Source of the DNA: Trichoplax adhaerens
Taxonomy: Eukaryota > Animalia > Placozoa
Direction: 5' to 3'
Length of the DNA stretch: 64,000 nucleotides
Assembly (NCBI RefSeq): GCF_000150275.1
Contig: NW_002060943.1
Location: 4,980,008 to 5,044,007, forward strand
Shown here: positions 11,614-25,567 of the stretch, one piece after another
How the letters are laid out: the number at the start of each line of letters is the position of its first letter
Numbering within the stretch: the first letter of the stretch is position 1
The notes under the pieces: model-generated
Told to the model about the DNA's origin: nothing
The model's database searches: none
What the model saw: only the letters and a program-made list of their open reading frames with translations
Made by a program: the position numbers and the translations under genes

Positions 11614-14600
11614 TCAGATACCAGAAAGCAAGATATCATTATTTCTATCATATACATTAAAGAATAAATTTCATTCGATGGGCTCAATGAACTCTGAAAC
11701 TATTCTCTAACCAAATATCTTCCTGTAGAATATCTCTAAAAGTGTTAGAAAACGATTAGAACTACTTTTAACGGATCAAATATGATCTGGCAAAACGTTT
11801 CCAGTTAACGTAAACTTTTCCCAAAAAATAGATTTTAGATGGTAAATGTAGAATTAGATAAAATTTTTACGGATTATCATTCTATTATTATCATCTGATC
11901 CATTAGGAGAACCTTCAAATATTAACATTGATGTATTCTTTCTAATTTAATATATATTAATATTTTTAGTTGCAGAACTACTCTTCATCTATAATCGATT
12001 TTTAGCAAATATACCCGTCGCTATAACATCCTCTGTATGCAACTGAAATCAACTCGAGCTGTTTAGAAAAATGAAAAACAACTTCTCTTGAACTGTGCAT
12101 AAAACTTTCTATGTGAAACAGTTTATTGCGACATGTGTAACCAAGTTATATATACTATCGTAGTATAGCATAATATCTAAATCTAAAGAAAAATAGGTCA
12201 GAACATCAATTGATATTTTAAATATACAAACGTAAAAAACATACTTTAATGATTGGAATGAAAATGACATTAAGTTGCTTTGTGATTGGATTTCCTATTT
12301 TCTCCTTTTAATTTATGACTGAGGATACTACTGCTATGCGTATTTAATATAAATTAATTAAATTTAATTCTATTTTAGTTCTATTAATACGGTATAAACT
12401 ACGCCTGCCACTATGAATATCATGGTATTCTGTGGTTATTTAACTATTGGCTAGTAAACCTAAAATATCCTTCTTCTAAGACTTAACATCGCCTATTGAT
12501 ACTATCATAACTACTATTATGTAATAACCTTATAAATCCATCAATTATATGTATTGATGTACTCATCATACAATTATTGTAGTTTGCTTGCCTACTTGAA
12601 CACAATTTAGAACTTAAATATTAGTCAATATCACCTTTTCAGCAGTAAGCACGAAGTTATCAGTTAATAACGCTTATACAATCAGAAGTTCGCGGCATAA
12701 TATTAATTGCTTGAGTTTTTACCGAGCTGTACCCAAATTCTAGCTAAATATTATACGTAATAATAATATTATAATATAATGATTTCACTAGCACATTTGA
12801 ACACAGTCTATAAGCTGTCAGTTCCTGTGCTCAGTACTTGATATAAGAGCAAATACCGTACTTCACCGCTTTATCATCGGCCACGGCCCACTAACATACT
12901 TTATTTTATGCAAAATATTGCAAATGTAAATCATTATAAGACACTAAAGAAATAGCCCAATTTTACATATTTTAATTTTAACACACAAAATTATTCGAAG
13001 AGTTAAAAGCTATTATTTGCGTCTGAAAACTCCCAATTGTACTTATACATTCAAAAATATTGATATTTAGAGTATGCATACGCTAAAGTCACAATTCATA
13101 GTGTATACTAATTGTAATAAGTGTGAACGTTGTCCATTATCTAAAATTAATGACCAAACAAATGTTGTAATAATAATTTCTTCGACATAATTTGCATTGA
13201 ACTGAAACTGTATACCTCGACACCAAATGTTAACAATTTATCTTATAATCTATATAAAAATATTCAAAATATAAACAAGTACAATACATGCTCAAATAAC
13301 CAAAACAATTAATGAACGTCCTAGATCAAAATCTATAGCAAAAAGAATGAACTAGGCCGATAATTATCTTGCAAAGTTTGTTATATAATTTAATTATACT
13401 AGGCGATGTAGTCTAATTTATTAATCTACTTGATCTGAATGTCTTAAATCAGGCTGACAAAGAATTTACCGTAGTAGAAATACTGATAAACATAACGAAA
13501 TAGCTTTAAATAATCATCCAATACGTACAATGAAACTATTGTTGAACATTATTTGTCGTATTTATCATGATCTGACTGGATATTAATAAATGAAATAAAG
13601 AGAATTACACTTATTTTAATGGATCTTTTCCATTTAGTGATAAAATTTAATTTTACTTTAATCTTTCAATCGAATCATTTTCAACCTAAATCATTTTATT
13701 GCATGCTCATTCTTAAATGGCAATTATCAATCGGGTTATGATTTTAATAATTAATAGTTTAGAAAACTACCGTAATTTTAAGCTTGCCAATTTTTGTTGT
13801 ATGATATCTATGACATCAACAACTATTGAGAGGAGAAAAACAAACTTTTAACATCTGTCAAGGTACCACATACTATAGAAAAAATGGGAATAATAAAATC
13901 ATGCAATCTAATTACCTTATTACTTTTCAGTAATGAAGGCTACACCTGTCTTTCCATTTGTTAATAGTATCATCATAGCCAACACTCATACTTACCAGTT
14001 TGATAGATGAATTTAGGAATCAAGTCAATAATAATAACTCTATTTCACGAAATAATTTTACTTCTTCAATCATGTGAGCCGGCGCGTATCAATGAATGAT
14101 ATTACGCAATATCCTCGGACTATTTCTATGCTCCATACGTAACACAACTCTACTCTAGCCGAATACTACTGCTAAAGACTTCTAGAACGAACTAACAGAA
14201 TAATCTAAAGTTGCATGCTTTTATACTTTTCGTAGCATTCACAGCTACAATCCGCATGGCAACCTTTTACCTTATTTTACACATAGTAAATTATTCTTAG
14301 TAACACAATTCTACTGCGGACCACCATTAATCCAATATGGATACGACTACAGTACTTACGTAGACATTATTCACACCAGCCAAAGTACAACGAATTAACC
14401 ATATCCTAATATATGATTTACAGTTCTATTTTTACCTATAACCTTATTAGTAACTCAGCACCTTACTGTATATAGTCATCTATACTCTAGCATAGAGTCT
14501 ATACCACTACAGTCTATAGTTATAGCTACCAAATATCTCTTAGGATAATATCTACCGTACATTATACTAAACATGGCTAACAGTCTACAATCACAATACT

Positions 14601-15714
14601 AGTTACATTACAACCTACATATAAAATCTCCCTTTAACGAGAATAGTTAAGATTAGGATACGCAAATAATATAAATAAAACTTTCTAATTGGCAGTAATC
14701 TAGCATGCAATTTTCTCAATTAGTGTTCAATAATTTTTTAGGGGACTCTTTTAATTCTCACTAATACTATATATTTTGATAGATGTAATAGCTTAATTAA
14801 TCTTCAATGAACTTTCGCTACATTTTACTGCTACTATACTTATGACATAAAAGCGAATACAGTATGTATGTATTAATTGCAGTTATCTTCTATTAGTAAA
14901 GCTACTCTAATGGTCTTCTGTAATTCTTTTCTACAAAAAAAATATACACTAAGTATATGGCAAATAACTAAAGTAGCGCTAACATGATAGCACCTTCAAA
15001 ACGGAGTACACCATTTTCTTAAAATAAGCTCACAGTTAAATTTTTCCTAGACTCTATAATGCTTTTTGTAAAATATGACTGAGATAATTAACTCATTTTA
15101 GCCAGATTACCTTATCTACCCAAATAATCTCTAACCACCGTAAACTGAATGATTTAACACGAGTAGAAAAGTATGCTGCAAAATGTGTCGTAAATAGATA
15201 ACAGTATTTAGGCTTAGTTAAACAGCACTACCGTTAAGTAAGCATTGCTATTTACCCGTATCATATCGCTTTTAAATTGTCCTGGCATACGGTCATGCAG
15301 TATCATCCAATGTAAAATTAAACAGCATTCACTGAGCATCGTTTATAAAGAACTAAAGTTTTTCTAACAAATGTAATTTACATCTAACGTCAAATTTATA
15401 TACACACATGTAGTATCACTAAAGACCATGTTATCCTACTAGTTGCAATTCAGATACAATGTAAATGAATTTTCGTTTATTTACTATAAAGGAGAACTAT
15501 TTTCGTATTTTTTTAATTAACACTACCTATACATTAGCTATCAAGGATCAATTTATAAACTACTTGATTTATTATACTGGTCCAGTTAATTATAGCTGTC
15601 AAGTTTAGGAGCTATTTATAAATTGATAATCACTGACTAAATATTTTCTATAAAATGGAAATGAAAATGTTACAAATCGAAAATTGGAACCAGGTAGTAG
15701 ATACTATTAGTACT

Positions 15715-16070
15715 TTGTCACAAAACAGCTTTGCAACAAGATAACGTAATGTACGATCAATAAATCAATTCCTTGAACCACGTATCAAGGAACGATATCT
15801 GCACTATCACAAACACTTTTGCTCTACTAGTAGACTACACAAAGACTTAAACGCCTCGTAATTTACGTTAACTCTAAGTCTACGAATCCACTTTATTACA
15901 CGATATACTGCATTTATATACTATTCCTCAATAGTTCATGAGTCATAGTTAATACAATTAACCTCGGAATCATTTTCTGAATTAGATATTAATTTTAGCT
16001 ACTGCTTCCTTAATGCAGACAACAATATTTACGAACATAGACATCTGATGACTAATACAGAATAGTTAGA
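15715..16070 (-). repeat. dispersed ~355-bp repeat, copy B (inverted relative to copy A)
   Basis: Reverse complement of 3759-4114, including the TTCCTTGA/TCAAGGAA hairpin at 15769-15792. Confidence 0.92.
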
Positions 16071-16868
16071 CTATAGTGTCAGAAATTATTACTCAGCAAA
16101 TTTACTGTCAGGTTTGCTCTTCCAACAAGTACATAAAGTACAATTCTATATAGTGACGATCTCTCTACAGCCAGAAGGTTACAGTAAATTTTATATTGTC
16201 TACCGCTGCTTAGTAAATAGTTCGGTAGCGAAATAGGTCAATACATTTTATAAACATTTTTTTGATAAACTCTTGATGCAGCGGATACTCAAGAAATTAG
16301 AACAATCCTCACAGTTTGTATGAATGTAATTGCTCTAATAATATTCATAACACATGATCGATTAGGAATTTACAGTCTATTATACGAAATATTGTTTTAC
16401 GTTCATAATTGGAAACATTGTGAATAATTAAATCATTCGAATTTTGCCTTAATTATTAGCTTTTTACACCAGTAGTGATTGATGAGCATGCTAATTTCAT
16501 TTTTTTATATCATTCTCAGAGAAAGTTCCTCAGAGAAAAAGTTTATAAACACTAGCATTACCAGTACGTCTGAATGGCTTTGCGAATTTTCATTTACCTT
16601 GAAGACGTGGTTCAAAACTATGTCTTATCTATGAGTATAGCCTTTTATGTAATCAGTAATTTTACGAAATGTACGATTAGTAATCTACCGGTACTCATGC
16701 AAATCAAGCATGCATAGCGCGCTACTCTGGAATGACAGATGGAAATGTTACTCGATATCCTAAAATTTCTTAATAATATAAATCAAAATCTAATGTGACA
16801 ACTAAACGTAGATTTACGATTCCAACGTTGTTCTATTTATAGCAGATGTGACAACAAATTACTGGTGT

Positions 16869-17135
16869 GTCACAAACCAGCTTCGTGACAAAGATAAAGT
16901 AAAACAAATCTCTAAATTATTATAGTCTCCGGGATTCAGTATCCCTTAACTACCTCACAAGAATTTAGACGCCTTTGATTCTACGTTAAACTCAACTAGA
17001 CAATTAAGTACTACTTTATTCTACTATCTGACGGGCTTAGATACCCTTTTACAGCAGCTAACATTCACGAGTCCATCTTATAAAAATACTTAGGTGAGAA
17101 CTACAATATGTCCATTCACAGAATCATTTCAGTGC
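16869..17135 (-). repeat. diverged third copy of the same repeat family
   Basis: GTCACAAACCAGCTT...AAGATAA and CACAAGAATTTAGACGCCT...TACGTTAA match copy B. ATATGTCCATTCACAGAATCATTTC at about 17106 matches the reverse complement of about 3730-3753, just left of copy A. Confidence 0.6.
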
Positions 17136-18683
17136 ACATTACAGCACAGCATTAAATTTACTGTAACACATTTATAATTAGAGTAATTCCTATTGTAAGT
17201 AACTAGTGTAATATTTTATCACTATATTATATTAACCAAATTTAGATAGCTATTTCTTCACGGTAGTTCGTACCGTGACATGGTGCTAGCAGCAATAGTT
17301 GACTGACAGTAGGATTCTTTTATATCTTAAAACAACGAAAACTTTGCAAATATCCAAGACGTAACGATGAAATCAAAGCATAAAATATTAAAGAAAATCA
17401 TTAGTATTTATGATAGAAAGTGCTTTATTTAATCACTAACCAGTGTAAGCCCGACTACACCAGGCTTTTCTACTTAAAACGAGCAAGTCTATTACTTCAC
17501 TCAAAAACATCTATATGGCATTTATATATACACAATCCGAATAGCCGAGTATTATCGCCAAAATTTTAAACTGTTCACCATAGAGTTTAGAAGTTTAGAG
17601 GTTGAAACTTTTTATCAAAGTTCTTTCGCCTTTTTAAAGTCGACGAGGACCATTTACGCTTAATGCTAATTCAGAAGATATGCATAGTTTCCCCCTCTCA
17701 CTCTCTGTTTGGCCGTAATGCTATTACAAAATAATCGGCTTCCACTTATGTATACGCGTACGTATAGATAACTAATATTGCTGATATCCAGCTTAAATAC
17801 GGTATATGAAAGCATACACTCCTGGCTAGTATTCGTATTACACGGCAAAACTGTAAATTTTTCAGTGCATTGCCGCTATCTACAAGACCTATAACTTGGA
17901 AATAAGGCCTAGAATAAATTCGAAATACTGATTAATACTCAATTTCGCGCTACTAGTTAGGCTATTGGAAATATAAAAACACTTCACTTGGAATACCCGT
18001 ATTTATAGATCGTAATCCAGCTACAGGATACTCAATCTCTATAAACTTGAATGGAAGTCCTCGCTATTGGAAAGCCTGCTCCATTCTGGACGTCTAAATT
18101 TTATATTTGAGAAGCGTTACTTAACCTGTGCAGGCAAACAGATAAAAAAAATAAATTGTATTGCAAATAGATCAATTCCCAATTTACTCCACGTACCATG
18201 TTAGACATACAAGATAAAAGGATAACCTGCACACCGTAATAGAACAAATTGAAAGATTTCGATATGCTACGTCATTCCATTTTTTAATTTATTCTACCAA
18301 GAATGACAATGCATGTGCGGTGCCTACTGTGATAAAATAAATATTATCCAAAAATGATGTATGAAATTGCACGTCTCCTAACTTGATGTTATTATAAATC
18401 AGATTAGCAAAGTATTGACGCGCAATCTTGACATATTGATGCAGAACGAATAAGCATCATGCAGTAAACTAATTCATCTGCTATTCACCGTTTGACCCAT
18501 GCAATATTGATAAATGTAGAGTAATTCGATGTAATTTACCAATTGTGACAGAATTAATATAATTTAACGATATATTGAATTATTGCCCTACCAGTTTACT
18601 ATAGTCAGAATATTAATGATAAGCTATGTGCAATTAGTAATTACCAACTGTATCAAAATGTACGTTATGTATCATTACTGAAG

Positions 18684-19183
18684 TACTAAATTGTTTATAC
18701 CTTAAAAAATTTGCTCTAGCTTAAAATGTTTAATAAGTAGAGAAAAAAATGTGTCTCGTAGTCCGTAATAAAAACAATCTCGGCCAGAAAGCTACTGATA
18801 TTCGACGTGCAAATCGGGATAAAGGGAATGATATATCCTGTAGTATGTCAAAATATCAAATTATATACTTCTTAATTTATTTCTAGTCTTACTATTAAAT
18901 AGCTACGGACTGATACGTGATATGTAATTGCTTATTTATGTACTAAATTGTTTTATCTCTTAACAAATTTACTCTAGCCTAAAGTGTTTTATATACAAGC
19001 CCGTGATAAAAAGATTATACGTTAGCCAGTAGGCTACTGATGTGCGATATACAAACTGTGATAAAAGGAACGATATAGCAATAACGAGATACCAAATAAT
19101 TTCATTTCTTAATTTATTTCTATTCTTGACATTCAATAGCCAGGGCAATGATACTTGATATTTATTGTAATTGCTTACTCATG
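18684..19183 (+). repeat. diverged tandem duplication, ~257-bp unit x2
   Basis: TACTAAATTGTTT...TTTGCTCTAGCTTAAAATGTTT at 18684 recurs at 18941. Shared internal blocks include GCTACTGAT, GATAAA(A/G)GGAA, TTCTTAATTTATTTCTA and TGTAATTGCTTA. Confidence 0.85.
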
Positions 19184-19429
19184 ATTAAAATCACGAGTAT
19201 CGGGATCCTAATTACCCATCTTTCAATTTATCTAGTCAGATCGTTAGTATGATATATAAGCCATGTTAAATGAATTTATCATAAAGTACATTATTGGTGA
19301 ACTAAGTAGTTTATCTCTTAGTTTACTCCATCTTCTCAATAAAATAGTTAGGATGTTCATAGGGGGTCTCTATTCCTCACTTTACAGTACAAGTGTACAC
19401 TGTACTGTATATGTACAGTACTGCACACT

Positions 19430-19442
19430 GTTGCTAAGCAAC
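19430..19442. promoter_or_regulatory. RFX X-box upstream of BBOF1
   Basis: GTTGCTAAGCAAC: perfectly palindromic half-sites with a 1-nt spacer, starting 236 bp upstream of the ATG of a ciliary gene. Confidence 0.75.
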
Positions 19443-19665
19443 GGATGTTGTTGCGTGGACCATGATAGAGTGTAGAGTGTACTATAGTAACGTAGTTGAA
19501 TTAAATATCATCTAGTGTGATACAATCACTCCTCAAAATTGAAATCGACGCTAATTTGACTTATCGTCAGACCAAATCGTGAACAGAGCTACATTACATA
19601 ATTTATATTTGACGAATTTAAGGTTTTTTAGATATTAAGTTTACTCAACAAGCCAAAATTAAAAT

Positions 19666-22600
19666 ATGCCCAAGAAATCGAAATCCAAGTCGGGTAAAAG
19701 AGGCAGCGGGAAGGGTAAAGGAAAAGGAAAAGGAAAAGGGTGAGTAAAATGCTTAATATTATAAGTGTACGAGCCGCAATGTTATGGCATTACGAATATC
19801 TATTACAGTCGTATAACAATATCATGGTATATAAACTGTAAAGCTCTGAACTACTCTTAGCTATCGATAGTAAATGACCATAAAAGTACTTTTATAAAGA
19901 TACCCTTCAAATTTAGCGTAAGACAGTAATCAGATACAGCAAAATTACATTCAGAATTTTAATATTGAGCTTCCTTTCTCGTGTAACTATTATGGGTAAT
20001 GATAATCAAATCTATAGAAAGAAAAGCTCTTCCAAAGCTAGCAGAGACACCATAGTTCAACAAGCAGTTAGCAACGCAAAATTATGGGAATCAAGGCTTG
20101 ACATAGCAGAGAAAAACAGAAAAGATCTTAAGTAATTAACTTTACATATCAAATTAGTAATTCTAAACAGAATAACCCATTTACATATATATCTTTACCT
20201 GTTGGTAATCATCATTATCTTCATCGTATTTTTTAATTGGGTTAGAGTTAACGTTAGAGATTTATCAAGTGAAAATGAACTTCTACGAGATAAAATGGCA
20301 CAGGTAAGAATTTAATATCAAAAATAACTTTTTACAAGCATTTCCAAGTCAATAGCTTGACATATTCGTGTATTACGTATAATACATGCAAGGAATATTA
20401 TAGCACTCTTAATGCTAACCGAATCTCATCCAATTCTAAAATGATTTAATAATAACCATAAATAGACTGAAAAGGACACCATTGAAGTCATTTCATTCTT
20501 AAAGCACCAAGAAGATGTTAAATCTGAAGAAGTAAGCCTCTACTTTAACATAAATTATATTTCGAACTATTTGTTAGCTTTTAAGTTTTCGAATTGGTTT
20601 TACTATTTTAAGAACTAAAACTATGCTAGAGATGACCAATTTTGATAATCAATCAGATATTAAGTAGAAATCTATTTTGGTACTTAATTTTAAAGATTGA
20701 CCGATTAGAACAGCATCTCAAAGATATTCGCAGAGAGGCACGTAAAGAAAAAGAAGCCATGGTAATAATGTCTAGAGTATTCATACTAAACGCTATAATA
20801 ATATACACATATATACTGTAGTAGTCTTAAAAGTACATTATCACTTTTATCATTTATATGTATTTATTAAATTAGATGAAAGATTATTCGCAAAAACTTG
20901 ACAAAATGGAAGAGGCAATCAATGAGAAAGATCGAGATGTAAGTAATGCTCCATCAGCTTTTGTTAGGTTCATTTTCACTTACGATTACCTATTCTGATC
21001 CAAATATGAAATGGTCCCTTTAGATTAGACTGATGCAGTCGGAATTGAAGCTCGTAAAAGAATTCCGCCGTAAGCGGGGACAAATGCAAAAGGAACTGGA
21101 TGAGGTTAATTTCTATTTGTTATAATTCAACAAATCATTACTTCTCAACATTCAGAATTCAGTTTCAACATTAGAATAATTTGAAACTATTTCAATCATT
21201 AGATTAAAGACAACTTGTACGGTGCGGAAAGACAACATAAACAAACTGTTTCTAAAATGGAGCAAAAATTTTTTGAGGAGAAGGTATAATTTAAAAAATC
21301 TAGAGCTTTTTGGCAATAATTATAAGTATTAAATGGACAATTGTAAACATTAAATTGTTTGCGCTCTTGGCAATCACTATAGATTCATTTGCAAGACGAA
21401 GCTAATGCGAAAATTGCAGAACTAGCAGAACGAGCTCACAAAGAGGCAGTAAAGTAAGTGAAAAATTTTTGTTGATTAAAATTGCATTTTCTTTATTAAT
21501 TCAATACCATGACTACATAATCTGACAGTAAACTGGATGAAACAACAAAATCTGTATATAAAGAAAATGTGCGATTAGTGGAAGCACTCAATTATCACGT
21601 TAAGGAAGGAAAAGACCTACGCAAAGTCAGTCTATGAGTTATTTCCTCCGCAACTTTACGATTACAGTATATAGCTAATTGAATACTTCCTTCTATTAAC
21701 CAGCAATTGGAGCATGTGCGGGAGGATTATGATGCAATCCATCGTGAAAGAGAGTTAAATGACATTATTATGAGAGAGAAAGTAACACAATCTAAACAGC
21801 TGCAAAAGCTAGTCAGTGAGGTACGGTAAAGTTTAGCGAAATATTGAACCATTTTATAACATTAGTTGACGCTGCATTTCCAATATAGCCTAGAAATATA
21901 CCATAATAAGATATCTTAAAGCAACATACTAAAACAATACATCTAATTCTATGTAGCAAAAAGAAAAGGTTCACAATTTAGAATTATCTCTGAGCCATGT
22001 TGTAAGAGAATTTGAACACGAACGAGCTAGTCTACATAGCCGAATAGAGCAAGAATTGGAGGCTAGCAGGTACATTCAGGCCCTTTTATTAATTATAGAG
22101 GTGTAATTAAACTACTTTGTGCTGGAATTAAAATATACAGATATACATAGCCAGTGGTTAACTCAGATGCAATATTTTATGATACCTAATGCGCTATTTA
22201 CAGAATGGAAAATGAAAAACTCAAGAAAATTTTAGACTTAAAAAATAAAGAATTAACTAGGATTAAACGACTGGGAAAAAATATATTAGACCAAGTAAGC
22301 TAATGAATTCCTCATCACAGTACCGCATACATAGCCGTATTTTAAAAAGATGCAATTCATACGTAATACATTAAAGCTAGTTATATGTTGTTTTGCAGAG
22401 AACTGAAATGGAGCAGTTCTTTTTAGAGGCTCTGTCACACATCAGAAATGAAATCGTTAGAAATAGGTATACTCAAGAATTGTTATATATTTTTGTATTT
22501 AATTAAATATCTTATTCGACTAAAAGTGGCTTTATGTCTGTAATTTAATAATCGCTATGCTTTATCATTTTAGAACGCAATACAAGCATGACGCTCAAAC

Positions 22601-23495
22601 TGTATACAATAGGAAAATGTTAACTGCTCATACAGGAGGAATCAATTATCCTAAAGTTAGAACATTCCGGTATGTTTGGTCTATGATAACTACTTTACTG
22701 ATCTATTCTCGATATGATATAACCTAGCTTGTAGACAAAGTCAATGATTTAATTGCTACATCTTTACTTTTTACCATCAGCCCCACTGATACTAGCACAA
22801 ACAACGTTTATGAAGATTTAGAGAAAGCAAGAGACTGGTAATAATTTATCAGCAAAGTTACTATAATGTAGAAAGTACTATCGTGCATTACAGATTAACA
22901 CAAAATAACAAAAGATCTCAATGATGATAAGTAGTCAAAAGCCTTAGATTATATGAAAAATTTTTGGATTATTTTATTAGGACGCATATGCCCAAAGATA
23001 TTGATATAGGAGATTTGACATGGGAACAAAAAGAAAAAGTTATTCGATATTTGTTTGCGAAAATGAATGGTTACAAGGGCAGGTACATATGAGATGAGGC
23101 GAAGACTTATCAATCTTTACTAGATCGATTTCTGTAACTTAAATTTAAATATAATTCTATACAATTTAAAGGCAAGTAGATCCTAAGTCAAATCAGGAGA
23201 AACAAACGAAACTTAGTATTACAAATGGCAAGGAAATTATAAGGTACTCATTACTATTTAAAATTCTCTTAATTTTTAAAACTTATTTCACTACGACCAG
23301 AGAGCGAAACTTTAAAAAGCCGTCTATTTCTATTTTATTAGTCCAATACAAGATGATCTAAAAGAAATTGATGAATCCGCATTCGATGAAAACGGAACTG
23401 CATTCTTAACACAGTATGATCAGACTACGATAGAACAAAACATTTCGCTACCTGATATCCGCGATTCGCGTAAAGAAGTTACTACCAAAATATAA
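19666..23495 (+). CDS. BBOF1: basal body-orientation factor 1 (CCDC176), 19 exons, ~546 aa
   Basis: Phase-consistent GT-AG exons: 19666-19739, 20018-20131, 20246-20303, 20466-20531, 20696-20761, 20876-20938, 21024-21104, 21203-21283, 21383-21453, 21529-21625, 21704-21820, 21957-22069, 22204-22294, 22399-22466, 22574-22669, 22781-22837, 22981-23082, 23172-23243, 23342-23495. The translation has a Lys/Gly-rich N-terminus and the motifs NAKLWESRL, KFFEEK, ELAERAHKEA, KNILDQRTEMEQFFLEAL, YPKVRTF and DIGDLTWEQKEKVIRYLFAKMNG, which I recognise from vertebrate BBOF1. Confidence 0.93.
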
Positions 23496-25250
23496 TCAAT
23501 AGATTTAGTTATTTCTATTTGTTGAAATTCCCCACGCTATTTAATGTATAATATGATTGTAATTTTGTGCTTAAAGGTTACAATTATTGTATAATCAAGC
23601 ATTCAGACCATGGTGAAGTCTAGGCTCTATACTACTACAAATTGACTTACATAACTTAAATGGACCAGCAACATCAAATAATAAACTGTATATTGAGCCT
23701 GGTGATCTTTAAATTCTAGAATAGTAGCTATAAAATATGTATATAAATGTTTACTTGCAATTTTTTTACGAAATGCAGCAACCTTCATAACTAATAAAAT
23801 AACAGGCATAATTTTAACCAAAAATTTTTAAAAAACTTATTTATTGGTAAGGTAACACATTCTTAATAAAAGGATGTTATTACTTGGTGTGATGGAGGGT
23901 TCGAAGAGTCAGATAATGTGGTTTTAGTTGCCATGCAGAGAATTGCACAAGGAGCTTAAGAAAAGAGGATACTTTATTGTAGATAGTAGTTAGGTACAGT
24001 GTGATAATTACGGTAGGTCAGTGTGGTAGCTGCCGTGAGTAAAGTGTGAATACTAACTGTAACTAATAATGCAACTTAACAAATCTAAGGTAGAAAACGG
24101 CAGCATTTATAGCTATGCATTAGAACACATGCAGAGAACATGATTGTAGGATTAGATAGAACATATACCATAACAGGTTATAGAATAGCAGATGATTGTA
24201 GAAAATAGCGAGGACTGTAATAACTAAATGTATTAAGCCATATTTGAATGTAGAGCGAACAGACTGTAGATATGTCTAAATATAAGATCAATACAACATG
24301 TCTATATTTAAGAGTAAAGTATAGTTACAGTACATTCTAAATACACTACACTTGGTATGATGGAAGCTTTAAAATGCAGACTACAAATATGTTGGTAAAA
24401 GCTTTCGTTCAGACATTGATATCATCTGTGTTTCTGGCCCAAAAATTTATCTGAGTAATGCGCTGGTATAAATTGAAAGAAATCAGGCTTAAAATTATAC
24501 TCGTTCCGGAAAGAGTAAAAAGTTGGCTACCTATGCCATATGTATTTATTGAAACATGATTCATCGCTGGATACATAATTTATTATTACAGATGGCTATC
24601 CATCAATAAAATCTTATAATAAAGTATATTACAACTTCAGGGATTTTAAATAAGATCCTCGTATAGGCGCTATTAAGCTATATTAAATGTTCAGAGGGTA
24701 TCGTACCGAACCGTAATCTATGGATAAAATGGCCTTAATATATCAGAAAATTATTGTCACTAGCAATAGTGGCTAGATTGAACGGCTTATCAAATTATTA
24801 TTATTATCAAGCTGCCAAAATAAGAACAATGTAAATATTTAAGTTTAAAAGCCATAATATTCGCTTCAAAATATCCACGTATGAAGTTATATATTGCAAG
24901 TTGCAATATGGTAAAACAACCGTATTCTATAAAAGTATAGGTATGAATGCTTTGAGGATTTGGCATAACGTTCCAATTATATAATTATTGATTGATTGTC
25001 CTATTGCTAGTTCGAACTATAACGGCTAATATACACCTACTGAAGATTAGGTTCATCAGTTTACATAGGTCATTCATACACTGCTTATGTCTCTAGCCAT
25101 ACGAATCAGACACAGTACTGTATTACTATTCGAATAAATCAGTTACATAATAGATGGAGTATATAGACACTGAGAATACAGAAAAGGCTATAGAGTACCA
25201 TACTAAAAGGTAGGATCGAATTTTAAGCATGCGCATTATAAATTGCTTTA

Positions 25251-25264
25251 GTATCCATAGCAAC
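25251..25264. promoter_or_regulatory. RFX X-box upstream of CFAP61
   Basis: GTATCCATAGCAAC fits the 14-bp X-box consensus GTHNYY-AT-RRNAAC and starts 317 bp upstream of the ATG. Confidence 0.75.
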
Positions 25265-25567
25265 TAACTCCATCAATGCTCGGCTACAGATTTATCCCAA
25301 GTTAAGGTTTAAAATTTTGGAGAAAGTAAACGTAGAATATTACGTCTAAGCATCATCTGCCGCTATCAAATACTTTGACAAACGCTGGTCTATTACGGTC
25401 TGTCATAAACAGCAGCTTTCTACTTTAAAGCCATATAATAACACGAATTCCAATCAGACACTCAGCTCCAATTATAAGCGAATTTGCAAGTCATTTCTGC
25501 TTACTAACGAAAAATCTAAACTCGATCAAGATAGACATTAAATATAATTGATTGGTATGAGAATAAC

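Noticed and set aside
23927-23935. GTTGCCATG X-box half-site between BBOF1 and CFAP61
   Set aside because: The second half-site is absent and it lies 1.6 kb from the CFAP61 ATG.
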